From an uncultured Gammaproteobacteria bacterium (GTDB taxonomy: Bacteria > Patescibacteriota > Microgenomatia > UBA10105 > UBA927), in NCBI GenBank assembly GCA_964629685.1, contig CAZVTT010000001.1, positions 176,627-240,626 on the forward strand: a DNA stretch of 64,000 nucleotides. The letters are read 5' to 3'. Of this stretch, positions 22,331-32,514 are shown one piece after another. A program made the translations under genes and the position numbers. The notes under the pieces were generated by a model that was given only the letters and a program-made list of their open reading frames with translations, was not told where the DNA came from and ran no database searches. Numbering within the stretch: the first letter of the stretch is position 1; every line of letters begins with the position of its first letter.

Positions 22331-23074
22331 ATGAACAGTATGCAGCACTATAAAAAATTCCTTATTCTCGCGACGCAGCGTACAGGCTCCAATTTTTTGG
22401 CATATCTTTTAAATGATCATCCCAAAATCGTTGCCATCGGTGAGGTATACGACAAAAAGGGAATCGCCGGTCATCCAGGAAAAGAATATTTAAATAATAA
22501 ACTGTATTTAAAAATTCTTCGTGATATCGCCCCATTATATTTTTTGAATCACTATATATATAATTGCTACCCGGAAGGAACGGCAGCCGTTGGTTTCAGA
22601 TTCTTATATAACCAGGCAGAATACTTTAAACAAGTCATTAACCAAATAGAAAATTCCCGTGATATTTGGATAATTCATCTCAAACGCAGAAACTTATTTG
22701 AAAGCTATGTTTCATTTCAGCTAGCCATTAAAACCGGAATTTGGATTTCTTATAAAGGCGGCGTCCACAATTCGGAAAAAATTTCAATCGATTTCGAAGA
22801 ATGCAAAGAATATTTCAATCAAACGACCTCTCTCCAAAAAAACTTTGACTCGAGATTTCGTCATCATAAGGTGCTTACCGTGTACTATGAGGACCTGCTT
22901 GAAAAACCAAAATCCGAAATTAAAAAAATACTAAAATTTCTTAATGTAGAATATCAGGAGCTACACTCGCAGATAAAGAAACAGACGACCGCATCTCCTC
23001 AAACAATCGTCACGAACTATAACGAGCTAAAGCGTAAATTTAAATCTACACCGTGGTATGGCATGTTTAGATAA
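22331..23074 (+). CDS. PAPS-dependent sulfotransferase (Stf0/Sulfotransfer_3-like)
   Basis: 5'-PSB-like LILATQRTGSNFL near the N-terminus. 3'-PB-like HLKRRNLFESYVS. Size is 247 aa. Confidence 0.6.
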   Translation: MNSMQHYKKFLILATQRTGSNFLAYLLNDHPKIVAIGEVYDKKGIAGHPGKEYLNNKLYLKILRDIAPLYFLNHYIYNCYPEGTAAVGFRFLYNQAEYFKQVINQIENSRDIWIIHLKRRNLFESYVSFQLAIKTGIWISYKGGVHNSEKISIDFEECKEYFNQTTSLQKNFDSRFRHHKVLTVYYEDLLEKPKSEIKKILKFLNVEYQELHSQIKKQTTASPQTIVTNYNELKRKFKSTPWYGMFR

Positions 23075-23089
23075 CCCTCATATATAAAG

Positions 23090-24232
23090 CTATACCCGAC
23101 TTAGTGTCGCTTTGTACAACTCCGCAGCACGAGACAATGAAAAACGCTTCTGAACATTTCTCCGTGCGTTTTTTCCTAACGAGAACCCTACCCGGTTATT
23201 TCTCTTTATATACAGAATTTTATTGTAAACATCATCTACTGAGTTGTCTGTTAACAGGCCTTCCTGTCCATCCGAAATTATTTCTTTAACCGCAGCACTG
23301 TCTGATGCGATAATCGCTTTACCCAGGATTGAATAATCGAGTATTTTTAAAGGTGAAAAATACCGCGGCAGATATGCTGTTTCATGATATAAAGCCAGAC
23401 AAATATCTGCCCGTCTTAACAATTGCATCACGGCAGTTTTAGAAACCGTGGGAATGAACGTAATATTTTTACCCCAACTAAAGGAATACCACGGCTCTGA
23501 TCCGATCACACAAAATTCAACGTTTTTGTCAGAATAATATATTTTTTGCGCAACCCTCTCAATAATATCTAAAGCATGCCAACGATGTCTTGCATTCCCT
23601 TCCCAAAACACCCAGTATTTACCTTTTTTTAACTTAAATTCCTTTAGTACGTTCTGAGTATTAACGGTAACTTCTTCTTGGTAAAAGTTGGGAACAACTC
23701 CGAATTGTTTTGCGGCAAGTTTTGGCGCTGAATAATGAGCTAAAGTATTTGATGGAAATATATAGGCATGAACAATATTTGAAAGCAACTTCCTTACAAC
23801 ATTATCTCTCGTCACTTGCATCCGAGTCAGAAGTGATCGACTATTGTAAAACCGTTCATCCGGCCAGGCGTGAATCTCCCAAATAATCTTTGTACGATAT
23901 GATAAAAACCTAAGCAACGTAAATACTTCCAGTAAACCGGAACCGTCAATGCGAATGTATATATACTTATAGCTCCGAGCTCGCGGCAATAACGAAACCA
24001 AATCGCGTACAATATCACTTTGCCGTTCGCATGAGTATAAGTCTACAGAGTAACCTGCAGACTCCATTGCCCTTTTTCTTAGCACGGTGTTTAGACTTGG
24101 TGCCCGTGTGGAAACTTGAAGATTGTATGTAATGAATAACACGCGCTTTCCGACTGGATTATTTTGATGGAGCATATCGGGAATTTTTTTTCTTTTCCAA
24201 TTTTTCGATAACTTCCGGCGGAATATAGTCAT
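23090..24232 (-). CDS. GT4-family glycosyltransferase. The true start is probably the internal Met near 24175, since the annotated 5' end overlaps the upstream ABC ATPase gene.
   Basis: C-terminal GT4 motif ILDYSILGKAIIASDSAAVKEIISDGQEGLL. Confidence 0.65.
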   Translation of the reverse strand: MTIFRRKLSKNWKRKKIPDMLHQNNPVGKRVLFITYNLQVSTRAPSLNTVLRKRAMESAGYSVDLYSCERQSDIVRDLVSLLPRARSYKYIYIRIDGSGLLEVFTLLRFLSYRTKIIWEIHAWPDERFYNSRSLLTRMQVTRDNVVRKLLSNIVHAYIFPSNTLAHYSAPKLAAKQFGVVPNFYQEEVTVNTQNVLKEFKLKKGKYWVFWEGNARHRWHALDIIERVAQKIYYSDKNVEFCVIGSEPWYSFSWGKNITFIPTVSKTAVMQLLRRADICLALYHETAYLPRYFSPLKILDYSILGKAIIASDSAAVKEIISDGQEGLLTDNSVDDVYNKILYIKRNNRVGFSLGKNARRNVQKRFSLSRAAELYKATLSRV

Positions 24233-24950
24233 AGGTAAAGTTCTTGTAATACACCTTTATTGCTTCCAATCCCCCGTCGTAAATAATTTCGCCCTTACTG
24301 AGAATCAGTATTCTTTTGCAGTAGTCAAAAAACGTATATAAGTTATGAGATGCCATAATAATGGTCTTATCTTTACTAAACAACAGATTTGTCTCGGTTT
24401 TAATTTTATCCTTAAAATCCTGATCCCCTACCTGAAGTTGTTCGTCTAACAAAAAAATATCCGGCTTTGCATATATCGCGACTGAAAAACTTAATCGTAA
24501 TTTCATACCCAACGAATACGTATAGAGCGGCTCGTCAATAAACACTCCGATATCTGCATATCTAATGATTTCATCCATCCGATCGGATATTTCTTTGCGT
24601 GACATTCCCAGGATCATACCGTTGATATATATGTTTTCCCTTCCTGTTAAATCCGGATGAAAACCAGCTTCAAGCCCGATCAAAGAAACGACGCTACCCT
24701 CCAGACTCAGGCTTCCGGAAGTAGGGATGGTAATACCTGAAAGAATTTTAAGCAGCGTGGTCTTGCCGGAACCATTTTTACCCAGAATGCCCACTTTCTC
24801 ACCTTTACGGATGGTAAGAGAAATATTCTTTAGCGCATAGAAGTCATCAGATTTTTTCTGGAACAATCGTTCCGCAAATGTCGGCTTCTCATGACGAAGA
24901 GCGTATTTTTTTGAAATCTGATTTAATGAAATAATAGCGGGTTTCTTCAT
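24159..24950 (-). CDS. ABC transporter ATP-binding protein for polysaccharide/teichoic-acid-type export (Wzt/TagH/KpsT-like), lacking a C-terminal carbohydrate-binding extension
   Basis: Walker A GILGKNGSGKTTLLKILSG. ABC signature YSLGMKLRLSF. Walker B IFLLDEQL. Confidence 0.85.
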   Translation of the reverse strand: MKKPAIISLNQISKKYALRHEKPTFAERLFQKKSDDFYALKNISLTIRKGEKVGILGKNGSGKTTLLKILSGITIPTSGSLSLEGSVVSLIGLEAGFHPDLTGRENIYINGMILGMSRKEISDRMDEIIRYADIGVFIDEPLYTYSLGMKLRLSFSVAIYAKPDIFLLDEQLQVGDQDFKDKIKTETNLLFSKDKTIIMASHNLYTFFDYCKRILILSKGEIIYDGGLEAIKVYYKNFTYDYIPPEVIEKLEKKKNSRYAPSK

Positions 24951-25738
24951 ACAAGATCATCAAAAGAATTACTTTGTCTATTAAAAATAGAATATCCGAT
25001 ACATGAAACCGCTAGGATTATTAGCCCATTCCAGAGCATTATTGCTGTGCTTGGAAATACGCCGCCCAATAACGCATACTGAAACAATTGAATAATCACG
25101 GTTAGCGGATTAAAAAACCATAACCAAACGTATTCCCGGGGAATAAACGATAGTGTAAACACTATGGGTGTTGCATAAAACCAAACTAGAATAAGTGCCT
25201 GGACAAAAAAATAGACGTCTCTATATTTTACATTGAGAGCCGTCGTGAACAAACCAAGACCACTGGTAAACATCAGTAACAGAATTATTCCCAGGAAAAG
25301 GTAAGGAATATTAGTAAAGGAAAAGGTACCGATAAACAGAACAGGAACAATAAAAATTAACAGCGAGAGCAAAAAATGTACAAAATTAGATAAAATGATT
25401 GACAATGGGATTACTGCAACGGGAAATTTTGCTTTTTTGATTAATACCCGCTCATAAACCACGCTGGGGGTTGCCTTGGTAAGGGAAAGTGTAAAGAAAT
25501 TCCATATTATTAATCCTGAAAATAAGTAGTAGAAATAATATTCTACCTGTTGCTTAATAAAAAATTGAAAAACAGAACCAATCACCAGCATTTGTAGTAA
25601 TGGATTAACGAAAACCCACACGAAGCCAAATATGGTATTTTTATACCGGGCCTTTAACTCCTTCTCTGTCATCATCGCCAGCAGATCAAAAAATAATCTG
25701 ATTTTTTTCCGTGTATTCTGATCCATAAATAAAACCAC
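24947..25738 (-). CDS. ABC-2-type exporter permease (Wzm/TagG-like)
   Basis: 263 aa with 6 transmembrane helices. It is translationally coupled, with a 4-nt overlap, to the downstream ATPase. Confidence 0.75.
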   Translation of the reverse strand: MVLFMDQNTRKKIRLFFDLLAMMTEKELKARYKNTIFGFVWVFVNPLLQMLVIGSVFQFFIKQQVEYYFYYLFSGLIIWNFFTLSLTKATPSVVYERVLIKKAKFPVAVIPLSIILSNFVHFLLSLLIFIVPVLFIGTFSFTNIPYLFLGIILLLMFTSGLGLFTTALNVKYRDVYFFVQALILVWFYATPIVFTLSFIPREYVWLWFFNPLTVIIQLFQYALLGGVFPSTAIMLWNGLIILAVSCIGYSIFNRQSNSFDDLV

Positions 25739-25979
25739 TGCTAAATTTTAGGCAAGCGATGTGAAGTATACTATTATATATGTCCATCGTAAAATCCGAT
25801 TATTTTGAAGCTTGATTATTTATTAATTAGTCTTTGACTATAAGTTTAGAATAATCTAAAGTGATACTCAGAATACAGACACTCTGCGACTGCCTCTAGA
25901 CTACTAAACCGTTCTCATGAAAAAGTTTATCGTTATAATCCATCCGATAGTAAGACAAAAAAACAACGAATAAAATACT

Positions 25980-27233
25980 ATGAACGTTTTTGTAAGATAC
26001 GCGAAAAAGCTAAAAAACAAATTATACAGAGCATTGGGCGTTAACTCAGCAGATACGATCCCCACACATCAGTACGACTTCAAAAAGATTGACGCTAAAC
26101 GGATATATACAATAGTACTTTCCGGAAATCTGCATCATAAAATTGGGTCCGAAACAAAAGAACTTGAACATGAATTTGCGGACTATCACAAAACTAAATT
26201 TGCGGTTTCAACCAACTCCGGTACCTCAGCGCTGGAGATGGCGCTGAAAGCAATCGGAATAAAACCAGGCGATGAGGTTATTGTTCCGGCGTATACGTTT
26301 GTAGCTACGGCACAGGCCGTGTTAAACCGAGGTGGAATTCCGATTTTTGCTGATATTGACGATACGTATACAATTTCTCCCGAATCGGTGCGCACAAAAA
26401 TATCAAAGAGAACAAAGGCAATAATACCCGTACATATATTCGGAAATCCGGCTGACATGGATGCAATTAACAGCATCGCGAAAGATCATAAACTAAAAGT
26501 AATTGAAGATGCGTGCCAAGCTGTTGGAGCAAGATACAAAGGAAAACCGGTCGGAAGCCTGGGAGACATTGGTTGCTTTTCTTTTGATATCAAGAAAGCC
26601 ATTTACACGGGACAGGGGGGAATGCTCATAACATCGGATAAAAAAATAGCCTCAATCGCAATACAGACACGAGAAACAGGCCAATTACACGACGATACCG
26701 GAAGCGATGTGGTAACAACAGGAAACACATACGCACTAACGGAAATGCAGTCAGCGCTTGCCAGGATTATACTCAACCAGCTGAATACACTAAATGATTT
26801 AAGACGAAGTTCGTATAATTTATTTGTAAAAACCATGGATACGACTGCTTTGCCCATTAACTGGTATCGGATTCTCCCCCTGGCGGAACCATCTTTTAGT
26901 CGGTTAGTTTTTATGATCAACTTTCAGAAATTAACCGTTAACCGAAAAGATTTCCTGCACGAAATGAAAAACCTTTCCATTCCGTTAAAAACATTCTATC
27001 CCGTTCCTCTGTACAAATACTCTCTTTTTCAAAAAAAGCGTGACCTACTCACCGGAAGCACCTTTCCGTTCGACCAAAACTCAAGAGTTTCGTATACTAC
27101 GGTAAGACTTCCCTACGCAGAAAAATTCTGTGCATCTCAGGTGGGGATGGACTTTAGCCCATACCTAAAAACACAACATATTCATAAACTGACCACAATT
27201 ATTAGGTCGGTTATTCTTAAATACACCAACTAA
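25980..27233 (+). CDS. DegT/DnrJ/EryC1/StrS-family PLP-dependent sugar aminotransferase
   Basis: SGTSALEMALKAIGIKPGDEVIVPAYTFVATAQAV, and SFDIKKAIYTGQGGML containing the PLP lysine region. Confidence 0.85.
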   Translation: MNVFVRYAKKLKNKLYRALGVNSADTIPTHQYDFKKIDAKRIYTIVLSGNLHHKIGSETKELEHEFADYHKTKFAVSTNSGTSALEMALKAIGIKPGDEVIVPAYTFVATAQAVLNRGGIPIFADIDDTYTISPESVRTKISKRTKAIIPVHIFGNPADMDAINSIAKDHKLKVIEDACQAVGARYKGKPVGSLGDIGCFSFDIKKAIYTGQGGMLITSDKKIASIAIQTRETGQLHDDTGSDVVTTGNTYALTEMQSALARIILNQLNTLNDLRRSSYNLFVKTMDTTALPINWYRILPLAEPSFSRLVFMINFQKLTVNRKDFLHEMKNLSIPLKTFYPVPLYKYSLFQKKRDLLTGSTFPFDQNSRVSYTTVRLPYAEKFCASQVGMDFSPYLKTQHIHKLTTIIRSVILKYTN

Positions 27234-27234
27234 T

Positions 27235-28257
27235 ATGAAAAGAAAAAAAATCAAAATCGGACTTGTTGGGTTAGGGTTCATTAGTGATGTCCATATCGAG
27301 GCATACAGGAGAAGAGATGATGTCTTCATAAAAGCATTATCCGATAGCAACCAATCTCTTCTTCTTCAGAAAGCCGAGACATTGGGCATAAAAGAGACGT
27401 ATCCTGACTACAACTTTATGCTCAATGACAAAGATATAGACGTTATCGACGTCATGACTCCTCATTTTTTGCATAAAGAATGTGTACTTGCAGCATTAGA
27501 TAAAGGAAAAACCGTCATTTGCGAAAAGCCGTTAACAACGAATAGTAAAGACGTTACCGCAATCGAAACAAAAATTAAACAAACTCAAAAAAACGTCTAT
27601 GTAAAACAATACCTCCGACAGTCCTTAGCTTACAAAAAGGCATACGAACTTATCACCTCCGATACGTTAGGGAAAGTATATTTTGTGCAATGCCTTTTTA
27701 CCGGAAACTCCACCAAAGAACACCTCGATCCAAAGTCATGGCGGGGAAACAAACAGCTGGCCGGAGGTGGAATACTTATGGATATTGGCGTACATATTAT
27801 AGATATGCTGCAATCTTTTTTTGGTTCTCCACAGGCAGTATATGGGCGCACAAAGAGAATAGCGTCCCCCTTACAAGAGAAGGGTGAAGACTTTGCTACT
27901 GCCGTATTTGAATTTCCCCATGATCTGATCGTAAACTTAGGCGCGACACAATGCGATACGGGATACAAATTCAGATGGGAAATACGCTTCTATGGAACCA
28001 GGGGTGTAATGACGGTAATTGACCACAGTAGAGATCTTAAAGAACTGCAGGTAATCAAAAATAAAGAAGTCGTGTATTCGTTTCAAGAAACCAACTGGTG
28101 GCAAGATTCAAATATAAGAGCTTTAAATACTATAATTGACGCTATCAGTCGCGGGTCTCCCCCACCCATCTCACTCCGCGAGGCAAAAACCGTTATTAAA
28201 ACCATAGAGGCAATATATTCGGCAGATGTTAAGAAAACACGGATAATTACTTCCTAG
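27235..28257 (+). CDS. Gfo/Idh/MocA-family NAD(P)-dependent sugar oxidoreductase
   Basis: IKIGLVGLGFISDVHIEAY Rossmann motif, plus the EKPLT motif. Confidence 0.8.
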   Translation: MKRKKIKIGLVGLGFISDVHIEAYRRRDDVFIKALSDSNQSLLLQKAETLGIKETYPDYNFMLNDKDIDVIDVMTPHFLHKECVLAALDKGKTVICEKPLTTNSKDVTAIETKIKQTQKNVYVKQYLRQSLAYKKAYELITSDTLGKVYFVQCLFTGNSTKEHLDPKSWRGNKQLAGGGILMDIGVHIIDMLQSFFGSPQAVYGRTKRIASPLQEKGEDFATAVFEFPHDLIVNLGATQCDTGYKFRWEIRFYGTRGVMTVIDHSRDLKELQVIKNKEVVYSFQETNWWQDSNIRALNTIIDAISRGSPPPISLREAKTVIKTIEAIYSADVKKTRIITS

Positions 28258-28439
28258 AACATGTCAGCTTAACACTCAACACATTCGTACAATGAAAACA
28301 GATATATATCCTGCAACGGTCAGGTGAGAGCAATCGGAATACAAAAACTACAATAATGCCACGGACTTTTACCGGACTAATCACCAATGGAAATTCTGTG
28401 CTTAAATAATAATTATAAGGATAACAATTAGAGTGGTGG

Positions 28440-29081
28440 TTGAGTCTATCATCACAAAAAAAACAGCGTTATAATGAAGTTCATTCTATGGATCTTATCT
28501 CCCGACTATTTGCATTAATAATTTTGTGCATAATTTCTCCCATATTGTTGCTTTGCGTCTTATGTATTGTCTTTACCAGCGGACCACCGGTGTTCTTTAC
28601 CCAAAAAAGATTCGGCCGAAACAATAGACTGTTTGCTATATATAAATTTAGGACAATGGTCGTAAATGCGGAAAGGCTGAAACCGAAACTCATGCGTTAC
28701 AACGAGGCACATGGTCCTGTTTTCAAAATCCACCAGGATCCGCGATTTACAAAAATCGGCAAATTTCTTAGTCATACCGGACTAGATGAACTTCCCCAGT
28801 TGTTTAATGTCTTAAGAGGAGATATGGCACTTATTGGTCCACGCCCTCTTCCGCCGGAAGAAGCAATAAAATTAAAGAAATGGCAACAAAAAAGACACAC
28901 AATTAAACCGGGAATTGTTTCTCCATGGGTTTTTGAAGGCTATCATTCAAGTTCTTTTGACGACTGGATGGAAAGCGACATTCAGTATTCAAAAAATAAG
29001 AATTTATTCACAGATCTCATTCTTACCGTCAGAGCTATTTCTATGTTTATTAAACTTATAGGTAAGGAACTTTTTGCCTAA
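28440..29081 (+). CDS. small bacterial sugar transferase, an initiating phosphoglycosyltransferase (WbaP/PglC-like)
   Basis: A single N-terminal membrane helix, then DELPQLFNVLRGDMALIGPRP, the hallmark of the Bac_transf family. Confidence 0.85.
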   Translation: MSLSSQKKQRYNEVHSMDLISRLFALIILCIISPILLLCVLCIVFTSGPPVFFTQKRFGRNNRLFAIYKFRTMVVNAERLKPKLMRYNEAHGPVFKIHQDPRFTKIGKFLSHTGLDELPQLFNVLRGDMALIGPRPLPPEEAIKLKKWQQKRHTIKPGIVSPWVFEGYHSSSFDDWMESDIQYSKNKNLFTDLILTVRAISMFIKLIGKELFA

Positions 29082-29132
29082 CGGTACGCGCTTTAGTGGA
29101 CAGAAACCAACAAAACATATATACTATTATCC

Positions 29133-29270
29133 ATGTCAAAACGAACGTACCAACCCAGCAAGAAAAAAAGAGTCAGAACCCACGGGTTTCGATCTCGCAT
29201 GAAAACCGCAAACGGCCGCAAAGTATTAAAGCGTCGTCGCGTGACCGGACGCAAGCGATTAGCGCTTTAA
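29133..29270 (+). CDS. rpmH: 50S ribosomal protein L34
   Basis: Hand-translated 45 aa [45 protein letters not shown]. It is not in the ORF track because it is under 60 aa. It sits immediately upstream of rnpA as in most bacteria. Confidence 0.85.
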   Translation: MSKRTYQPSKKKRVRTHGFRSRMKTANGRKVLKRRRVTGRKRLAL

Positions 29271-29297
29271 ACAGCCGGATTACTCTCGCAGCGCATC

Positions 29298-29636
29298 ATG
29301 TTACCCAAGGCCCATCGCCTATCTAAGGCTGCATTCCAACAAACCCTGAAAACAAAACCCGTATTCGTACAACGTGGTGTTCGGGTTTATCGCTTGTCAA
29401 ATGTAATCCAGAATACACGAATCGGCTTTCGTATCACTGGACGGATTTCCGCCGTAACCAGGAACAAGATCAAACGACTAACAAGAGAAGCTCTCCTGAC
29501 ACTGCTTCCTACACTTCAATCGCATCTGAATATTGTTATCATTTTGCAGTATTCAAAAGAATTAGAATCGAAACCGCAACTGAAACATATACTCGGTTCC
29601 ATAATCAAGGAATGTGACATTGTACGCAAACCATGA
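29298..29636 (+). CDS. rnpA: ribonuclease P protein component
   Basis: 112 aa, basic. [18 protein letters not shown]... with canonical position after rpmH. Confidence 0.8.
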   Translation: MLPKAHRLSKAAFQQTLKTKPVFVQRGVRVYRLSNVIQNTRIGFRITGRISAVTRNKIKRLTREALLTLLPTLQSHLNIVIILQYSKELESKPQLKHILGSIIKECDIVRKP

Positions 29637-29869
29637 AAACGATATTGTTACGGTTTATTCGTTTATATCAACATATCCTTTCCCCCGACACAGGACTGCC
29701 TAAACTGTTGTTTCCCGCTCTGCGAATTTGTCGGTATACACCCACTTGTAGTCAATATGCATACGATGCAGTCGGACGCCATGGTATAATAGCTGGCACG
29801 TGGTTGAGTTTGAGGAGAATACTCCGCTGCCACCCATGGAATCGGGGAGGTTTTGATCCGGTCCCCTAA
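29633..29869 (+). CDS. yidD: membrane protein insertion efficiency factor YidD
   Basis: [40 protein letters not shown]...[14 protein letters not shown]. Confidence 0.8.
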   Translation: MKTILLRFIRLYQHILSPDTGLPKLLFPALRICRYTPTCSQYAYDAVGRHGIIAGTWLSLRRILRCHPWNRGGFDPVP

Positions 29870-30689
29870 AAAAATTATGATAAACCCAACACTTTGGAAT
29901 CAGATACTGGTTTGGCCGATATTAAATTTATTGATTACCTTCTACAAACTATTTGAATGGCTTAAGATCCCCGGAGCTTTAGGATTTGCCATCATATTGC
30001 TCACACTTTGCATGAGGTTGCTTCTCTACCCGCTTATGACGGCTCAGTTAAAATCCGCCCGTAAAATGGCAAAACTAAAACCTCACCTGGATGACTTGTC
30101 AAAAAAACACAAGGACAATAAAACTGCGTTACAACAAGCACAGCTTGAACTATATAAAGAGCATGGAGTAAACCCGGCTGCCGGATGTTTACCACTGCTT
30201 ATCCAATTTCCGGTCCTTATAGCACTTTATGGTGTATTTAACTCAATATTCAGCGCTGGTGATGTTGGTAAATTTATAGAATCAGTTAATACTATTGTAT
30301 ATTCCCCCGCCTTAAAATTAACGTCGCTTGATCTGACATTCTTCGGTATGAATTTGAATACGAAACCATCGGAATGGCAGACACACGGTTGGTGGTTGCT
30401 GGCTATACCGGTAATTACCGCTGGATTGCAATGGTACCAGACTAAACTTATGATGCCTCAGGAGCCACCAAAGCCATCTCCTGCTGCAATCAAACCAACA
30501 AAAAACAAGCAGGAAGAAGAAAAACCCAAAGAGGACATGGCGATGGAAATGCAGAAACAAATGGCTATTATTACCCCGCTTATGTTCGGATTTTTTGCCT
30601 TACAGTTTCCGGTAGGATTAGCGCTATACTGGAATGTATTCGGCATTTTTGGTATTATCCACCAAAGGATTATTAATGCACAATCGTGA
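29853..30689 (+). CDS. yidC: YidC/Oxa1-family membrane protein insertase (short form)
   Basis: 278 aa with multiple transmembrane helices. It has [15 protein letters not shown] and a Lys-rich region, in the canonical rnpA-yidD-yidC order. Confidence 0.8.
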   Translation: MIRSPKKIMINPTLWNQILVWPILNLLITFYKLFEWLKIPGALGFAIILLTLCMRLLLYPLMTAQLKSARKMAKLKPHLDDLSKKHKDNKTALQQAQLELYKEHGVNPAAGCLPLLIQFPVLIALYGVFNSIFSAGDVGKFIESVNTIVYSPALKLTSLDLTFFGMNLNTKPSEWQTHGWWLLAIPVITAGLQWYQTKLMMPQEPPKPSPAAIKPTKNKQEEEKPKEDMAMEMQKQMAIITPLMFGFFALQFPVGLALYWNVFGIFGIIHQRIINAQS

Positions 30690-31168
30690 GAGAGGAAGTT
30701 ATGGAACATACTGACACTATCAAAACGTTAACCGAAGACCTGTTAAACCGACTCGAAGTTACCGGCACTGTTCGTATTGATGTAGACGAAACCAATGCAT
30801 ACAGGGTACATATAGAAACGGAAGAAACCGGACTTTTAATTGGTTTTCACGGCAAAACATTGGAAAGTTTTCAGATTATACTGGGTATCATTGTTTCAAA
30901 GGCGCTCGGCACATGGGCACGGGTATATGTAAACGTAGGTGATTACCGCGAAAAGCGGGAAGAAGCACTCATGCTTATGGCCCAACATGCAGCAGAACGC
31001 GCGCTGGCATCAGGACGAGCTGTAGAACTGACCCACTTGTCACCTGCAGAACGCCGGGTAATCCACTTAACACTATCCGGTGACGATCGCGTTGCTACGG
31101 AATCAACAGGTGAAGGTGACCAAAGGAAGCTTTTAGTAAAACCAAAAGATCAGGTTGTTTCCGCATAG
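30686..31168 (+). CDS. jag: Jag/KhpB-like RNA-binding protein (KH + R3H domains)
   Basis: C-terminal R3H-like LSPAERRVIHLTLSGDDRVATESTGEGDQRKLLV. Located downstream of yidC. Confidence 0.75.
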   Translation: MREEVMEHTDTIKTLTEDLLNRLEVTGTVRIDVDETNAYRVHIETEETGLLIGFHGKTLESFQIILGIIVSKALGTWARVYVNVGDYREKREEALMLMAQHAAERALASGRAVELTHLSPAERRVIHLTLSGDDRVATESTGEGDQRKLLVKPKDQVVSA

Positions 31169-31216
31169 AACTGCCACGGTATTACCACCAACGAGAAACA
31201 CGCTATACTGCTTCGT

Positions 31217-32491
31217 ATGCGACCGTTTCACCGAAAGCTATTTTACCTGCTTTCATTTTTAATTCCGACACAACTTGCAGCTCATTTCTGGCCAGAATGG
31301 AGCAGCATATTGGGTCGCAGGATAGACTACCTCTCCCCTGCTGTTTACCTAACGGATGTAGTTATAGCTGTACTTTGTATTCACTTCTGGTATTCCTTTC
31401 GAAAAAAACTTGCGGCCACTCTGGCGAAACACAAAATTATACTCACTTCACTATTTATACTGATTATCTGTAACGTTATTTCCGCAACATCCTGGGAAGT
31501 AAGCCTTTGGCACTGGATTAAATATATTGGAATTGGAATGGTCTGCTGGTACATCTATGAAAGCAAACCAGAAGAACGCTTACTCAGACTTTCTCTCCTG
31601 GGAGGCATGTCTATCTCCATTGCCTTAGCACTGGCACAATTTATTCTTCAAAAATCCGTAGGATCGGTATTCTGGTTTCTTGGTGAACGCACCTTCGCCA
31701 TTGATACACCCGGAATTGCCAGAACCACGCTCGGTGTAATTACGGGAAATGAACTGACAAATGGAGCATTGTTTCTTCGTCCATACGGGACATTCCCCCA
31801 CCCCAATGTTTTGGGTGGTATATCTGCCACACTCCTACCTCTTTTTCTAATACCCGATAAAATCCTGTCCCGATCTATACGCATTACGGGTGTACTGGTT
31901 TTATTCATTGGAATTTTTATATCGTTTAGCCGTAGCGCCATGATTGTCGGATTACTCCTGCTGCTAGGATACCAATGTCGACACATCATTCACAAAGTAT
32001 TAGACAGAATGCCCGGCCTGGTGAATCTGGGAGCTATCACACTGCTCTTCTTAACGCTAACTGCTCTCCCGCTCTGGCTACGCTTTGGCGAAAGTACAAT
32101 AAAACGTGCGGATTTAATACGCGCATCTCTGTTGATTATTAAAGGCCATCCAATATTCGGAGTCGGTTTGGGGAATTTTCTCCCCGCCTTACCTGCATAC
32201 ATGAATAGTAAAGATGTGTACTTTCTTCAGCCGGTTCATAATATTTTTTTACTACTGCAAAGCGAAATTGGTGTAATACTCTGGATTTTTATCGGCATAG
32301 GATGGATATTGATTAATAGACAAAAATCTCCCGCGTTTTTATCTCCCTGGAAAATCTCATTAGTTGCGATACTCCTGTTGGGAACATTGGACCATTATCC
32401 GGTTACGCTACAACAGGGACTACTCATCTTTAGCGTTTGTCTCGGTCAATCCGTTAGCACGGTACACCGCAAAACGACAGTCAACAGCTAA
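31217..32491 (+). CDS. O-antigen ligase/polymerase-like polytopic membrane protein (second paralog)
   Basis: 424 aa with about 10 transmembrane helices. The loop contains FSRSAMIVGLL and the Wzy_C-like GHPIFGVGLGNF. Confidence 0.6.
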   Translation: MRPFHRKLFYLLSFLIPTQLAAHFWPEWSSILGRRIDYLSPAVYLTDVVIAVLCIHFWYSFRKKLAATLAKHKIILTSLFILIICNVISATSWEVSLWHWIKYIGIGMVCWYIYESKPEERLLRLSLLGGMSISIALALAQFILQKSVGSVFWFLGERTFAIDTPGIARTTLGVITGNELTNGALFLRPYGTFPHPNVLGGISATLLPLFLIPDKILSRSIRITGVLVLFIGIFISFSRSAMIVGLLLLLGYQCRHIIHKVLDRMPGLVNLGAITLLFLTLTALPLWLRFGESTIKRADLIRASLLIIKGHPIFGVGLGNFLPALPAYMNSKDVYFLQPVHNIFLLLQSEIGVILWIFIGIGWILINRQKSPAFLSPWKISLVAILLLGTLDHYPVTLQQGLLIFSVCLGQSVSTVHRKTTVNS

Positions 32492-32514
32492 ATACCCTGT
32501 GTTACAATTGCCCC

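Noticed and set aside
23090-24232. Possible frameshift or pseudogene where the GT4 ORF overlaps the ABC ATPase ORF by 74 nt
   Set aside because: An internal Met (MLHQNN...) reduces the overlap to under 20 nt, which is normal for translationally coupled genes. Both reading frames are otherwise intact.
29096-29326. 76-aa ORF (MDRNQQ...) overlapping rpmH in another frame
   Set aside because: It starts with a GTG codon and entirely overlaps the well-conserved 45-aa L34 coding sequence in a different frame. It is low-complexity and Lys/Arg/Gln-rich, typical of an out-of-frame reading of a basic ribosomal protein gene.
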